A DNA stretch of 34,381 bases from Catajapyx aquilonaris (lineage: Eukaryota). A program made the position numbers and the translations under genes. The notes under the pieces are model-generated. The model did not search any database. It was not told the DNA's origin and saw only the letters and a program-made list of their open reading frames with translations. The stretch spans positions 62,001 through 96,381 of the forward strand of contig KZ538299.1 in NCBI GenBank assembly GCA_000934665.2, written 5' to 3'. Below, in pieces: positions 1 through 20,904 of this stretch. Position 1 is the first letter of the stretch. Every line of letters begins with the position of its first letter.

Positions 1-3000
1 GCGGATCTGCAAATAATGTTTCCATGTATTTGACCCGTTCCTGTTGGCACAGCGGTACGCATTTTCCATCTTATTTATTATGTCATGCGGATGATTTTTT
101 TTACGAGCTCAATCGAGTGCGCACTCACATTCGCGCAGCTACATTGTTTCGACAACAATGTTGCCGCTGAGGTTCGTTCCAGATCATTGGCACCGTCGCA
201 AACGTAGCGTTGGAAACAGCTATCATTGATCATTCCAACCGTGGAGGCTGCGCGAACTGTGGTGCGCACTCGGTTTTGTTTGTTTAAAAAAATCCATATA
301 ATCACCTTTGATCCGTCAAGCTCGATGACTCCGTATTTGTACTGAGGTCCTGCACTGACTAGTCTCTTCTGTAACTCTCGGACACTGTCCCACATGGCCA
401 GGTTGTGCTTTCGAGAGTGGGTCAGCACCAGAGAGTCGTACAGGACAGTCCAATTAAAAGACATGGGACGCGCCCCGACGCCTTCAATCAGCGGAAACGT
501 CACGTGGAAAGCGGCGTCGTCGCACACAACCAGCGGATACGAGACGTCCATTTCCGGAACCATTTCCTATATACCAAAAGATTCAGCGCTACAGTTATCG
601 TGCACGTGTAAGGACAGAGTCACGCCTAGCCAATTTTATATACCTGAGATCCGGGCACTGTGACTTCTCCGGATGCGAACTGCGCTTCGTTGCTGGCTGA
701 ACTCCGGACTGAATCTCTGAACTTCAGCTTGACGCCAGCGTCTAGCCCGGCCCCGACGCCCAGGGTGACCAGCACCTTTCGTCCGCCGAAAATACATTTG
801 GGTTCGTCACCCAGAAGCTTGGAAGTGTCGTCGAAGATGTCCCGACAGTCTCTTGGTCCTTCGACTGGACGGTCGAATTCAATGGAAAGTCGACGCCAGT
901 CTTGGGTCAGTCTCACGGAGGTCACTACTGGAGGACCTGACGCCTCATCAGTGCTGTTGGTCCTATTGTCCACACTAGAAACGGCTGGAAGACACTGCAT
1001 TGTACCGTCCACCGACACCTCTCGGTTGGAGACACCGCACTGCTTTGCACAATCTCTGGTGACAGGTGATGTCACACACATGCCACAGTCCCAATACGCA
1101 TCTGAGGATAAACGAAGCGTTACTTTACGAGCTCAGCCAAGTGCGCACCCACACTCGCGCAGTTCTATCATTGCGCATGCTTGCTGCGCAGACATCATGC
1201 GCAATGTGCGAGTGTGGGTGCGCACTCGGTTGCGATCGTAAAAACAGTGCTCATACTTCCATTCGGTTGATTGTTGCAATCTGTTGGCACGTCCGGCGAC
1301 GCATTTTCCCATTGTAGGCCCATCACAACAATGCTGTCCGACATGGGCGATCCTTTTCCGCACATCTACGTCATAAATACACTATAGTGAACTCGTTGCC
1401 AAAATCAGTATGACAGTGACAATCAATCGACTTTCAATAAGGCGGTCATACTATTGTTCATGCATATAGATGGAGCATAAATCATCTGCACACTCTCAGT
1501 TCGTGCGAGGGATAGCGGTACTATCAGGTCGGACAAACATCCGACGGAGAGAATAAGCGGATTAGGAGAAAGATTTATAGTTGAATGCGGGTATCGGTGT
1601 TCAAAGCTCGTATATGTTTTACAACACCATTGATTTCTGTTGCATTTTTGTTATTATTTTAAAATTGGTGCAATAAGCAAATCGATTTGGCATTTTATGT
1701 ACCTTCCCGCAGTTTGGTAGAAACACTGCCATGGTCTCCGCAGAGTCGTCAGCTGCTGTGTCCCATGCTGCGAAAATTAGTCGCGTGCTTCTCATCGCCT
1801 GCACCCTGTCCCATGGGGGTGTCCCTCCGGGGTCAGGGTTGAATCCAGGGGCAGGGACGAACCTCAGCTGGTGTCCGGGGCCTAAGACCGAGGCTGTCAC
1901 GGTCAAAGATGACCTGGAACAGATTGTTAAAAGGTGGGAACAAACAAACAATATTGTTTGTCCAGGCTTTTGTTCGTCGTACCTTTGCGAAGAAGAGTCA
2001 TCAGAAAGGTCGAATATGCCTTCGAATGTTGGTGCGATACACAATGCAGTTGTTATGTCCTCTGGGGTCAGTCCACTGGACAGTTGCGTCCAGGACTGAC
2101 CATCTGATGACCACTGCCACTGTCCCAGGGAGAGGTCCGGACTGCAGGACAGGACGACCATTCCCAGGTTGTCCCCAGAGAAGAACCGACCGACGAAACC
2201 GGACACCACGAAGGGAGACCTGTCTGGTACCCTGGACAGTCTTGGCACCATACCCAGGTGGAAGCTCTCGTATGGTTCTGGGTACGTGGAGGTTCTGACA
2301 AGAAGAAGAAAAAAATGTGACAAAATTAATTAATCGAGGCAATAAAAATACTGACAGGGCACAGTGCGGTGCATTTTCTAAAATTATTATTATTATTATT
2401 GCAATTACATATTAGGGAAAGTGTATGAGAAGAAATCATATTATACTGTATAATAGGATTATTTTATACCAGTTTTATATATACAGTATATGAATTATTA
2501 GAGTAGTTTATGATTTATGTTATATATGCTTATATAATCATTTATACATTAATGTAATATTTTGATAACTTACTGTTGCAGAAGTCGCCGGGAAGTTGGC
2601 AGGCCTTCATCACAACCCTGCATAAAAAAAAGAAGACAGTAGTCCTACTTACTGTACATTATGAAAAATTTTTATTCGTTTGTTTGTGTGTAAATATATT
2701 ATTTGCCTTATTATCTGTTTGTCAGCTGTGCTTCTTCATCTATTACTTTTGTTCATCTATTTTCGAGATTTATTAATGTCGACTTATTTTATTTACTCGT
2801 ACAGTATACATTCATTATTATTACCCATTGCAATTTACTTGTTGCTTATGTATTGTCGTTGCTTATTTTAGCCTCATCAGAATGAAGGATTAATCGCTTC
2901 ACTATCATGCGATTCCTCATGATATGCTCATTTGCGATAGCAGTTAAGTGCCCTAATAAAATTTATAATATGTTTCTATCATATAGGCCTACAGATTATC

Positions 3001-4576
3001 ATGAAAACCCGTTATTTTCGCTTGAGACCCTTGCAAGTGACATGCATTTATTTTTAACTTTCCGCTTTCATCAGAGTGACGGACGTTTTACATGGCATGG
3101 GAGGGTAGCGTCTGCCCTAAATATATCCAGGTCATTTTTGATGCCGGGTTACTTTTAAAATAATTATTAATCGCCGGTTGCGCCCCTGAAGGTGATACAT
3201 AAAATAAATGTAACTAAATCTTTCCACAACTTTGTGCAATAATCAACACTCAATTTCTATATCAGTAATTATGTGGTAATTATAGGAAAGTTAAAAAGTG
3301 TTCGTTTGTCCGTTAAATGATAATGACGTCACAATAAGCAACAATAATTATTATTGTCCACAATTTAACCAGTTAAAGGCTTGTGACATTTATCTGGTTG
3401 AATAATACTCATGCTTATAGCTCTTGGTATTTCCACGTAATTAATAAATTATTACAAGCTTATGAAATCGGACTGTATTGACTGCAGCACTTGATTAGGA
3501 AGTGCGAAAATTCAGGGATTTTTTTTTTTTTTGCTGTTAGTTACGGCATCGGTTTGTTAGTTCGCATGTTCCGGTCCGAATTATTCCATCGGGTTGATAG
3601 GCCCTTTCAAACCGGCATATGAATTAATAATATCACGATGGGGTGGATTTCCACAAGGGAATTGTTTCGAAGGGGGGGCTGGGGGTGGAGATAAACATTG
3701 TCATGAGACACGTGTTGTAGCCCCATGGATACTGTTCGCGATATGGGGCCCAACTTTTGCGTGATGGAATTTAGATTCGGCATGAATATGAAGCAAGCAT
3801 GTTTTCCATGAAATTTTACCCGATCCGAACAATATTACGATCACAATATTATGTTGCTGACTCCTAGTAAGCAAAATTCATTTCCATTGCTTATAAAACA
3901 GTCCAACTGATTCGTCCGGTTTCATTTAGAGTTAGTTGTGGACTAATCAGCTCATTATTAAACAGCTAATTAGTTGTCAAAGACTGCTAATATGATATGG
4001 AAATTATTGACTGTCTTTTTTCAAACAATGATTGTTGCATTTTTAGGCATTCGTTGTATTTCATGCCCCTTAGAAGTAATTGCTGTAAAGTTGTAACTAA
4101 TAAAGCGGCGTTTAATAAAATCTCTTACTAAAACTGCATTCTCAACTGGAGCACAGTGCATCCTCATTAATTAGCCCAGATAATTATCTGTGCACTTGTC
4201 CAAATGTTAGATTTTTTTGAAGTTATTGTGTTTGTTTTTAATTCGTTTGTAAAACTAAATACTTTAAAAAAAATTTACTAAAATAATTCGGCATGGTTTA
4301 ATTACAGTCCTGCTGTATAACAATTTTGCAATAATATGTAACTTGTTACATGCAATAAGTTCGGTGCACTGAGAATAAGTTCAGTAACCTGATCGACCCT
4401 GAGGAGCATTATACTCATTGCATATACTCTGCTATTTTTGGACGGCACGTCAGTAATTATTATTGCACTTACCTTGCCTTGATTGCAGTCTTTTTTCTCC
4501 AAAATAATTGCGGAGTAATCCCTCGCACTGAGACCCACATGGTGAGGAGGCACCACAAGCACAAGCAACAGGCCAT
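1..4576 (-). CDS. Uncharacterised secreted/cell-surface protein, REJ/PKD1-like (5' part; runs off the left edge of the window)
   Basis: Exons 4576-4473, 2294-1983, 1913-1703, 1365-1257, 1101-644, 566-306, and a next exon starting at 6. All introns are GT-AG with consistent phases (2,2,0,1,0,0), giving about 485 aa without stops. N-terminus MACCLCLWCLLTMWVSVRG looks like a signal peptide. It is followed by GQWQWSSDGQSW...LRFVP...LIFAAWD, then DCNNQPNGNAYWDCGMC...DCAKQCG, then PVVTSVRLTQDWRRLSIEFD...C..IF...LG..PKC and YPLVVCDD...GVGARPMSFNW, which recall the N-terminal part of REJ-domain proteins. The family call is by motif recollection, not a search. Confidence 0.72.
100..290. mobile_element. 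Non-autonomous inverted-repeat element (MITE-like), copy 1, intronic
   Basis: Left arm tttacgagctcaatcgagtgcgcactcacattcgcgcagc (100-139) pairs imperfectly with gctgcgcgaactgtggtgcgcactcggtt (247-275). Same terminal sequence as the element at 1124-1242. Confidence 0.6.
1124..1242. mobile_element. MITE-like palindromic element, copy 2 of the same family, intronic
   Basis: tttacgagctcagccaagtgcgcacccacactcgcgca at the left is the near reverse complement of tgtgcgagtgtgggtgcgcactcggttgcgatcgtaaa at the right. Fills most of the 155-nt intron 1102-1256. Confidence 0.65.
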
Positions 4577-5367
4577 CTGAGCAATAAATTTTAAACAATT
4601 ATTATTACAGGACGTGTTTAAAAAAGGTAACAATAGAGAGGTGTGAAGTCTCATTGTTTGTAATGACAATAGAGAGAAAAAAAAAACCAGACGTACTGTA
4701 TAAAGAAAAGCGTCCAGCCAGACGACCAAGCATGTTTTCGAGTCGGATGCGTGACACCAAGTGTCGAAGCGGGTCACTTGTAAGTCAGTGGTCATGCACG
4801 AAGGATCGTCATGGTGACCAGCGGTCAAACAAGCCCGGCCATTTTTGGCGGGTCCGTCTCAATGGGGGCGGTATGTGTGTCGTGTGTAATGCGGGTTGTA
4901 TATCATTGGAAATCGATTTTTTTTTCTTTTTTTTTCGAACCATCAGATATGTCACATTTGTTATCTGGGCCAGCATTTTCCATTTCGAGTTGTTTTTTTA
5001 AATATTATAAGGGTTAAAACAAACTGGCCCAGATTTTTTTTTCGTCATATACGTCTTGCGATGCATTAAAATGTCACACATGACTTATGAACCTTCATAT
5101 TGTCGCCTGATTTATTGCAAGTGCTGGTGGTTATTAATAAATTGTACTGTAAAAGTGGGTTGATAGTGATGACTGTCATAACTCGTATTTATGGGGCGCA
5201 CCTGAATTAATTTTTTGTTTTCTCACAAATCATGCATGGCATGTCGTGTCATAAAGTACCCCAACGGTGGGTGCAATTAAATTCAAAATTGATTAGCAGA
5301 ATTGCACCATTTCTGTGAATTGAAATGAATGCGAGGCATCCGAATAATTGATGGCCAAATTGAATGG

Positions 5368-5426
5368 AAATTAGTCGGAATTGAGACGAATGAAACCGTT
5401 TCATTCGTCTCAATTCCGACTAATTT
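5368..5426. repeat. Perfect inverted repeat, 29-bp arms with 1-nt spacer
   Basis: aaattagtcggaattgagacgaatgaaac-c-gtttcattcgtctcaattccgactaattt; arms checked base by base. Confidence 0.95.
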
Positions 5427-6639
5427 GAATGAAGCGCATAGGACTTAATTAATTGAATTGAGTTGATGAATTTTCATTTGATTGTCATCACACAATGTGA
5501 ACTATTTACTCCATATTTTTGCTTCTGGTTTTGATGTAAGCTGATCTCTACATGTCAGAGAGTGACTCCGACAACTGATACCACCGGGTTGATGTCGCGT
5601 GTGCATACAAAATGGATGAAGATTTTTGCTTCTTGATCTTTTTTTTCCTTTTTCTTTTGAAGTTTTTGCCTGTTCCATTCACTTCCGTCTATGAAGTATT
5701 CATATAAGACTACGGCAGAGAATGAGGATGAAGTACTGTCCTATTGTGAAGCACTTACGCGGACCTACTATTCACAATGTTGCTCGTTTAGTGACATGAA
5801 GATATGTGCCTGTAATGGAAGCTATTACAAATCGGGGGAAGTGGAGCAGATGTAGCCTGTATAATATTTATTGCAAAAGGATAAATCCGCCACATACGGT
5901 CTATACACTTTTTGTTATGGTAGTTCTCCAAGTCTTGATATTTGGATTTATTATTTGGGACTACCACTTGTGTCGTTTGGACGAGAAGTTATTATTATAC
6001 CTAGTGCTATAATTTTGTGAGGTGAAAGATTTGTAGATGAAACTTTATTGCACGAGATGTTTTTCGTCGACAATGATTAATGCAAGGTTCTGTATATATG
6101 TATCTTTTATAAAAGCATACATAATTCAACGAATAAGCACTTCCCTACATATTCCATTATCACTGTGTAAACTCTAATCAGGGATATGACTTGTCTATAT
6201 ACACTACTTGTAGGCAGTAGGATATACATTGCACATTGCAACTGCAACAGCACTAGAATATTGGCCAACTCAAGTTGGATTGCTATTATTATTAGCAACC
6301 CATAACATGACAATATTTCCTCAAATTCTCTCAGGGAAACCTGTACATGAGGTAAAATAAATAATATTGATTTTTAAAAAATCATATTGCAATTTTACGT
6401 ATAATTCAAAAAGTGCCGGGTATCCTGAAAGAGTTCAAAGTTGGGTCACTAGATGCCACAAGTGCTACGCTAACTTGTGGCCACCTGGCGTCCAAATCTC
6501 AAACCAAAAGCAAGCACAAAAAAAAAAATCAAGCGACCACCAATTCCGTCAATTAACTAATAAAATATAATATAATATAGGTAATTTTAATCGCAAATTT
6601 CAATATCTAATTAAATATAAATGGCTAAGTGACCGTTAC

Positions 6640-6830
6640 GGGCATTGATTCCGCGCTTTCGATTGGTTCCCGCCATTAAATACCCGTCTCTGATTGGCAT
6701 GTTTCCACGTGTAAACCCGGGCGCTACTTTCCCAGGCGGCGCGCCCCGATTCCCGCCCGCTGATTGGGTCTCCCCGCGCAACCGCCTTGTTGACGCCGGA
6801 ACTACTTTCCCCGGTGGAACATTCGAATGG
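6640..6830 (+). promoter_or_regulatory. Probable promoter of beta-tubulin gene 1 (GC-rich, three reverse CCAAT boxes, GC box)
   Basis: GATTGG at about 6661, 6692 and 6762; cccgccc at about 6752; abrupt AT-rich to GC-rich switch 250-430 nt upstream of the ATG at 7066. Confidence 0.6.
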
Positions 6831-7065
6831 TTTTTGTTTGTTGTTGTCTGTTGGGCGGGTCAACCAACCGGTAACCAAGCGAGGGTTCAGTGTGTGTTTG
6901 GATCCGGTCGGGCACTGTCGTGTTCGAACCCCGCGCCTCCCCAGCTGTCTCGCTCTCCCTCCACTCAAAGGCTCCAGCCACCAATTTCTTCGTGTGAGAT
7001 ACACTTCTCATATAAATAATAATAATTTCGTGTGCGTTCTGTGCTGAGCAGCTCAGACTTCCAGG

Positions 7066-12690
<5,625 letters not shown>

Positions 12691-12986
12691 GCGTCCGGTC
12701 CCATCCAGAGAGGGGAAGCGGACACACTAGAGAGCCAAAAAAAACGTCTTCCGATTGTTTTCGTATTTTGAGTATTTCTTGACAAGTTGTGTGATCTCTA
12801 AAAGTAAAAGCACGACAAATGAAGTTGGTAGACGAGATGGCGCAATAATAATAATAAAAAGTACCTGGTAGTTTATAGTGGAATATTATAAAGAAAAGTG
12901 TCTGTGTGAGAGAGAGAGAGAGAGTACGAGCGAGAGAAGCAGTTGTCCAAATCCCAAGTTATTTTGTAATCTATCTTTGTCGTGCT

Positions 12987-12992
12987 AATAAA
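12987..12992 (+). terminator. Candidate polyadenylation signal of beta-tubulin 1
   Basis: AATAAA about 300 nt after the stop codon; another at 12853-12858. Confidence 0.5.
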
Positions 12993-14329
12993 TATCTAGT
13001 TTGGAGAATAATACACGGTCTTCTCGGTTTGAAAAATGGAGCGTAACCTGCAGCTCATGCTGCTGTGAGTGTCAGAGTGACGTCATGCGGTGGAATTTGT
13101 TGCCCTCGGAGAGCTGTGGCTGGCGATGATAGATGGCAGCTCTTGGTGCCGCTCGTCGAAATCCGTTAAAATTACTTCTTGGCACCGGCCGTGTTGTCAC
13201 ATGTAGGATGTTACCTGGAAAATGATAAGACGGTCGGCTTGTCTCACGAACGAACGAACGTGTACAGTTTCACTGCCCTATTTGCTGGCAGAGTACACAA
13301 GGTACAGTCTCGTTCATAAAAGAATGGTACGACTATAATGGACGAAAGTTTATCCAGCATATATTCGCCAACCTAATATAGCCTATTTTTCGACCTCTTC
13401 TGCACCTCAGGTGACTCGTATGAGCCATCTCGATTTTTTTAGATTAAATTCTTCATTACCAAAATGTTCAACCAAGTCAGAACCAGGTGCAATGCTTATG
13501 CATATTTCATGTGAAGTTCCTCCTTAAAATTTTCCTACTTCGCTTTGTTTTTTCTTCTCTCTTTTTTCGTTTGTTTGCTTTACTTTGATTCCCTTTTCCC
13601 GGATTTCCTCATGGCCCCTACCATAATGGACCTTACGCGGCTACACATGCTGGCGACCCAGGGGTGTGTGTACTGTACCGACCGATCGCCTTGAATCGGA
13701 ATCGGCGGGATACTTCTTTACGAATAAGCTTCAATAAGAGTCACCACCACCCTGATTACGCAACATTGCACTAACAATAATTGGTGCGTGGAGATAACAA
13801 CGGCAACATCTAGGAACATCTGGAGTGCGGAACATGCCGGTTCCAATATAAGGGGGGAAAATAAAGAAAGGAAAAGAGCCTGGAAGGCGAGGCGGGCGGT
13901 GGGAGCGTGGGTGGTTCAACGGTCAGAATTCAAACAAATCGGGCTTTCGAAAATCATAATTTCAAATTGAAATAATTGCGGGGGAGGGGGGGGGGNNGGG
14001 GGGGGGCATACATAAAACCCGAGGTTGGAAATAACATTAGGAGGAGCACAATTGCGATATCCTGCCCTTTTGTTGGGCTCATCTGTTCGAGGTCAAAGTG
14101 CGGATGGATTGTCGGCAATTATGAGCCCCTTGCACTGTACACTGTGCTGTACAGTACGCCCCGGGTGTGCCCAGGTTAGGACTGGATGGAACACCCATGC
14201 CGCACACAGTTGCGATATCGCAAGTCGATATTTCCAACCCTACGATGCCACACCCATCCGCAATTTACACGTGTGCCAAGCTCCAACAGTGATAGGCTCG
14301 TCAGTCCACCCGTCCCGCTCCTATCGGTC

Positions 14330-14470
14330 CTCCCAACCTCGACTTCCGCGTGTAAACCCCCTCTCAAGGAGCCAATCCCCCAGTCCGCTCCCCCCCAGCC
14401 AATCACCGTCCATCTCCTCGCCCTTCTTTTTCTTTCCCCCCGTTGAAATATATCCGTTGCGCGCTTCTCC
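14330..14470 (+). promoter_or_regulatory. Probable promoter of beta-tubulin gene 2
   Basis: Two CCAAT boxes (agccaatc about 14370, agccaatca about 14397), C-rich tract and an AT-rich aaatatat at about 14446, upstream of the ATG at 14577. Confidence 0.55.
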
Positions 14471-14576
14471 CTTCCCTTCGAGTCAACCCAGCAGACCAGA
14501 CCGGACAAGTCCTTCGTCTCGTCTCCTCTTGAATCTCAAATCAAATCCAAACCACCCCAACAACAACAGAGAAGCC

Positions 14577-17531
<2,955 letters not shown>

Positions 17532-20500
17532 ACCCTCTCACCCTTCCTTCAAAGCCGCTCCCCACATTCCCACAGCGAGGACCAAAATCATGGCTTTATC
17601 CTGTTAATTAAAAAATAACCCACCCCTGCCTCCGAATCATGTCCCTCTTTTGTTACCTGTCGACTTTTTTCCTTTTGTGATTTTTTTGATACGTTGCATA
17701 TGTGACTCCCCTTTAAAACTGTACATTGTTTAAAGCCAGTGCAGTTTTGTGATTTTTCTGTGCACAATTGGGTTTACATAAAGATGCCTTGTTCAATGCA
17801 ATACCGACTCATTATTATCCCTATGATGTCACGTATTACGTCACCCTAGTCGAAGCGACGACGCCGGGTTGCATGCAGGTAATGCCGCTTGTGACTCACC
17901 GAATCAATACCCTGACCCGAAGTTTACCCCCCCTTGAAATGGTCCGCATGACTCATATGCTGTAATGCAGTTACAAGTTATGCTGACCATCGGCCTTCGT
18001 AGGGTGTGTTGGCCAATTTTCCCTTTCGCCTACGATGCATCCCACACGTCACGTAACGGTGGGCACCATGGCCTTGTATGGCCAAAGCTGCTGGGATCTC
18101 TCGGTGGTAAAAGGAGGACACGACATAAGAAGGTCACCTGTGGGAGGGTTTGACCACCTTCCTCCTGTGGGTTGAAGGCACCCCACTTTTTAAAAAAGAG
18201 ATGCTCCAGATTAAAAGCCGGCACAACAATTTTTATATGAACAGTTTTGGCTGTGTTACTTGCACTGGAACCAGCACGTCGACCCCATTCATTTTTTAAA
18301 AAAAAGCAATGACTTCCGTTCACTTCAGTTGAATATTTCAATGCAAAAGAGGCTGTATATGTGTGTGTGCCAAAAAGACATGTCCCACTTTCACATTTTG
18401 TCACGTACTGTCACAATTAACCGGTACTTGCACAGGGGGGTGTTAACACAATTTTTGTTCATAGCTTCGTACAACTGGGGTTTGTACAAGTTTGCAAATT
18501 GCCAATTGCAATATTTTGTCCTACTTGAATGGTTTTTCTTTTGCGTTGTGCTCAGCAACGGGACAGTCATCCCTGGCTATAGACCACAGGGAGACGGATC
18601 GATAGACGTGTCTATAGCCACCAACACGTGATATGCAATAGACACACGCAGGTTGCCATAGCAAACGCACATTACTCTGCAACATGGTGTCTTTTTAATT
18701 ATATGGACATACTGCATGTATAAAACGCAATGTTTGTCTGTTTGTCCAATTTTGTACCGCATCATTTCTACATGTTGCAATTTTTTTTTTCTTCTGCTGG
18801 TGCTTCTAATGTTTCATTGATAATGTTGAGTACTTGGCATGTACTGCGAGTGTATATGTACAGAGAGCCCTGTATAGATTTTCGTGGCGGTGGTATAGTG
18901 GGTGTGGGTGGGTGGGTGGGGGGGAAAAGGTGGATGACTCACACGCATGGTTGCCAACAACTCGGCAACGTCGCTTTCTAGTGTGGAGGGGTGAAGTCAT
19001 GCCGAAAAAGGACATGAAGGGAAAACTAGTCGACTCTTGGAAGACTACGCCTATACAGAGCTTGATATAGGACAAGGGATTTAATGGCCCTTTAATACCC
19101 GGCCCCCATTTATGCTGGGGCGTTCAGCAATTGAAAATTATAATTAAAAATTGAGCAGCGCACTTTTATATTATAGTTGCTTTATTATTATTCAAACAGG
19201 TTTTTCTGGAGTGAACAAAATTCCATGGGAGCATCCTGGTGTACATCTGTACTTGTTATCTGACAGGAAACATGTGTCAGGAGACGTCTATCGCGCATTG
19301 TTAAAGGGTTGGATTAGTAGTGTTCAGAGTAGGGGAGACCACAAAGGGGTGCTCCCAGGCAACTTGAAACTTTAATTAGAATGATTGGCCCATATGGCCC
19401 TGTTGTTTTAATTTGTGGACGTGGGCGATGATTAGAAAGTCTGAGTACCTGTACGTTGGTTATTATAGTTGAGGATCGTCATTTCCTCAAAGGGTGCTGC
19501 ATACATTATACAGACGACGAGCTATTTGTTTAATGCAGTTGCATGACGGAGGCTTTGATGTGCTTGCAAGTATTATTCGAGCGGATAAGTTAGGCTATGT
19601 CGGGTTAGATTAGGTTAGTAATAAATAAAAATAAGTAGGTGTTAATAAATATCTAAAATAATTAAATAGGGACTAATTAATTAATTCATGAACAATTAAC
19701 AAATGTGGCACTTAATAAATCATTAAAATGTTGATAATGTTATCAGTGAAGAAGTGAACAATCAGTAAATATTAAAAATAGCATAACATCTATAATATTA
19801 AAATCATTGCGGGAGTTGGCCGAGGCCTCTGATTGGTCCGCCGCATATTGTTACCGCCACCTCCCCATTGGCCCGCGTTCTACTCATGCGCAATGGGGGT
19901 GTAAACAACTCCTCTGTTGGGTTACCGGGGAAACTGTACATTACTTATTGTTATAAATGAATTGGTGGATAATAAAGTGTTTGTTTATGTTAGGTAAGGT
20001 AACTGGGTATATATAGGCTACGCCGATTTGTCTAAAACAAAATGAATCCAGTTTCGTGACTTGCCTGCATGAATATCTGCAAGAGTCATAATAATACATT
20101 GTACAGGCTTGCATGCTAGTGTCACATTATTACTCCCTTTTTTTCCCCTCCAAAAATAAAATTCCTCGGTTAGCTGACTTCCTCCAAAAAGATGGTCACG
20201 ACTTTCGGGTCGCGCATATGGTACATAAAATGTGTCTGGGCAACAAATAGTGTGCTACTTGAACATGTTTTGAGCTTGGAATTACGGTCACTTGTTCCTT
20301 TCCGCTTTGAGGGATCCTCGGGCAGACGGAAACTAAAACTCTCTTGAGCACACTAATTAAGAGAGGAAAGGAAAGGAAACATGACCCCAGTTTATTATAA
20401 AGTGCGCTTATTCTTCAAAAAAAGATGTACGTGCCCACTCAAGTGGGAACCATTGTTTTTTTTATATGTATATTCTGCCTCCAATAATAAGGTAACCTAT

Positions 20501-20618
20501 ATACGTCCATAAAATAGCCCTCATAATGGGTCACGAACCTTTACCAGCGAAGCTTCGATCGGCCTCGTTTCCCCCTTTTGCACGACCAGCAAAGAGTACA
20601 TTGCACGGCCCTGAATCA

Positions 20619-20904
20619 TCATCATACAGGGTGATTCATAACAATGCCAACAAACTTATTACAATATGGCAGCTGCAGAGGATCAATTTACACATGTAGA
20701 GGTGTCATTCGGTCTGTGCAGATGAGATAGAACCTACGACACTTCCATCGTCAACGTACAGGGTGATTCATAACAATGGGATGAAGAGGGTGAACTCCAT
20801 GGGAGCACTTTATGTAGAGGTGTCATTTGATCTGTGCAGACTCGTTACTAAGATAATTAGCATTAATTAAAATGAGGATGATACAACCTACGACACTTCC
20901 ATCG
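20619..20904 (+). repeat. Tandemly duplicated Tc1/mariner-like end fragment
   Basis: tacagggtgattcataacaatg at 20625 and 20757, each followed by atgtagaggtgtcatt..tctgtgcaga and aacctacgacacttccatcg. Confidence 0.7.

Noticed and set aside
78..305. Continuation of the minus-strand ORF 78-563 beyond GSK
   Set aside because: A donor at 305, an acceptor at 7-8 and an inserted inverted-repeat element indicate intron read-through.
14025..14576. Ser/Pro-rich N-terminal extension of beta-tubulin 2
   Set aside because: Starts at a non-ATG codon and runs through the C-rich promoter; beta-tubulins begin at MREI.
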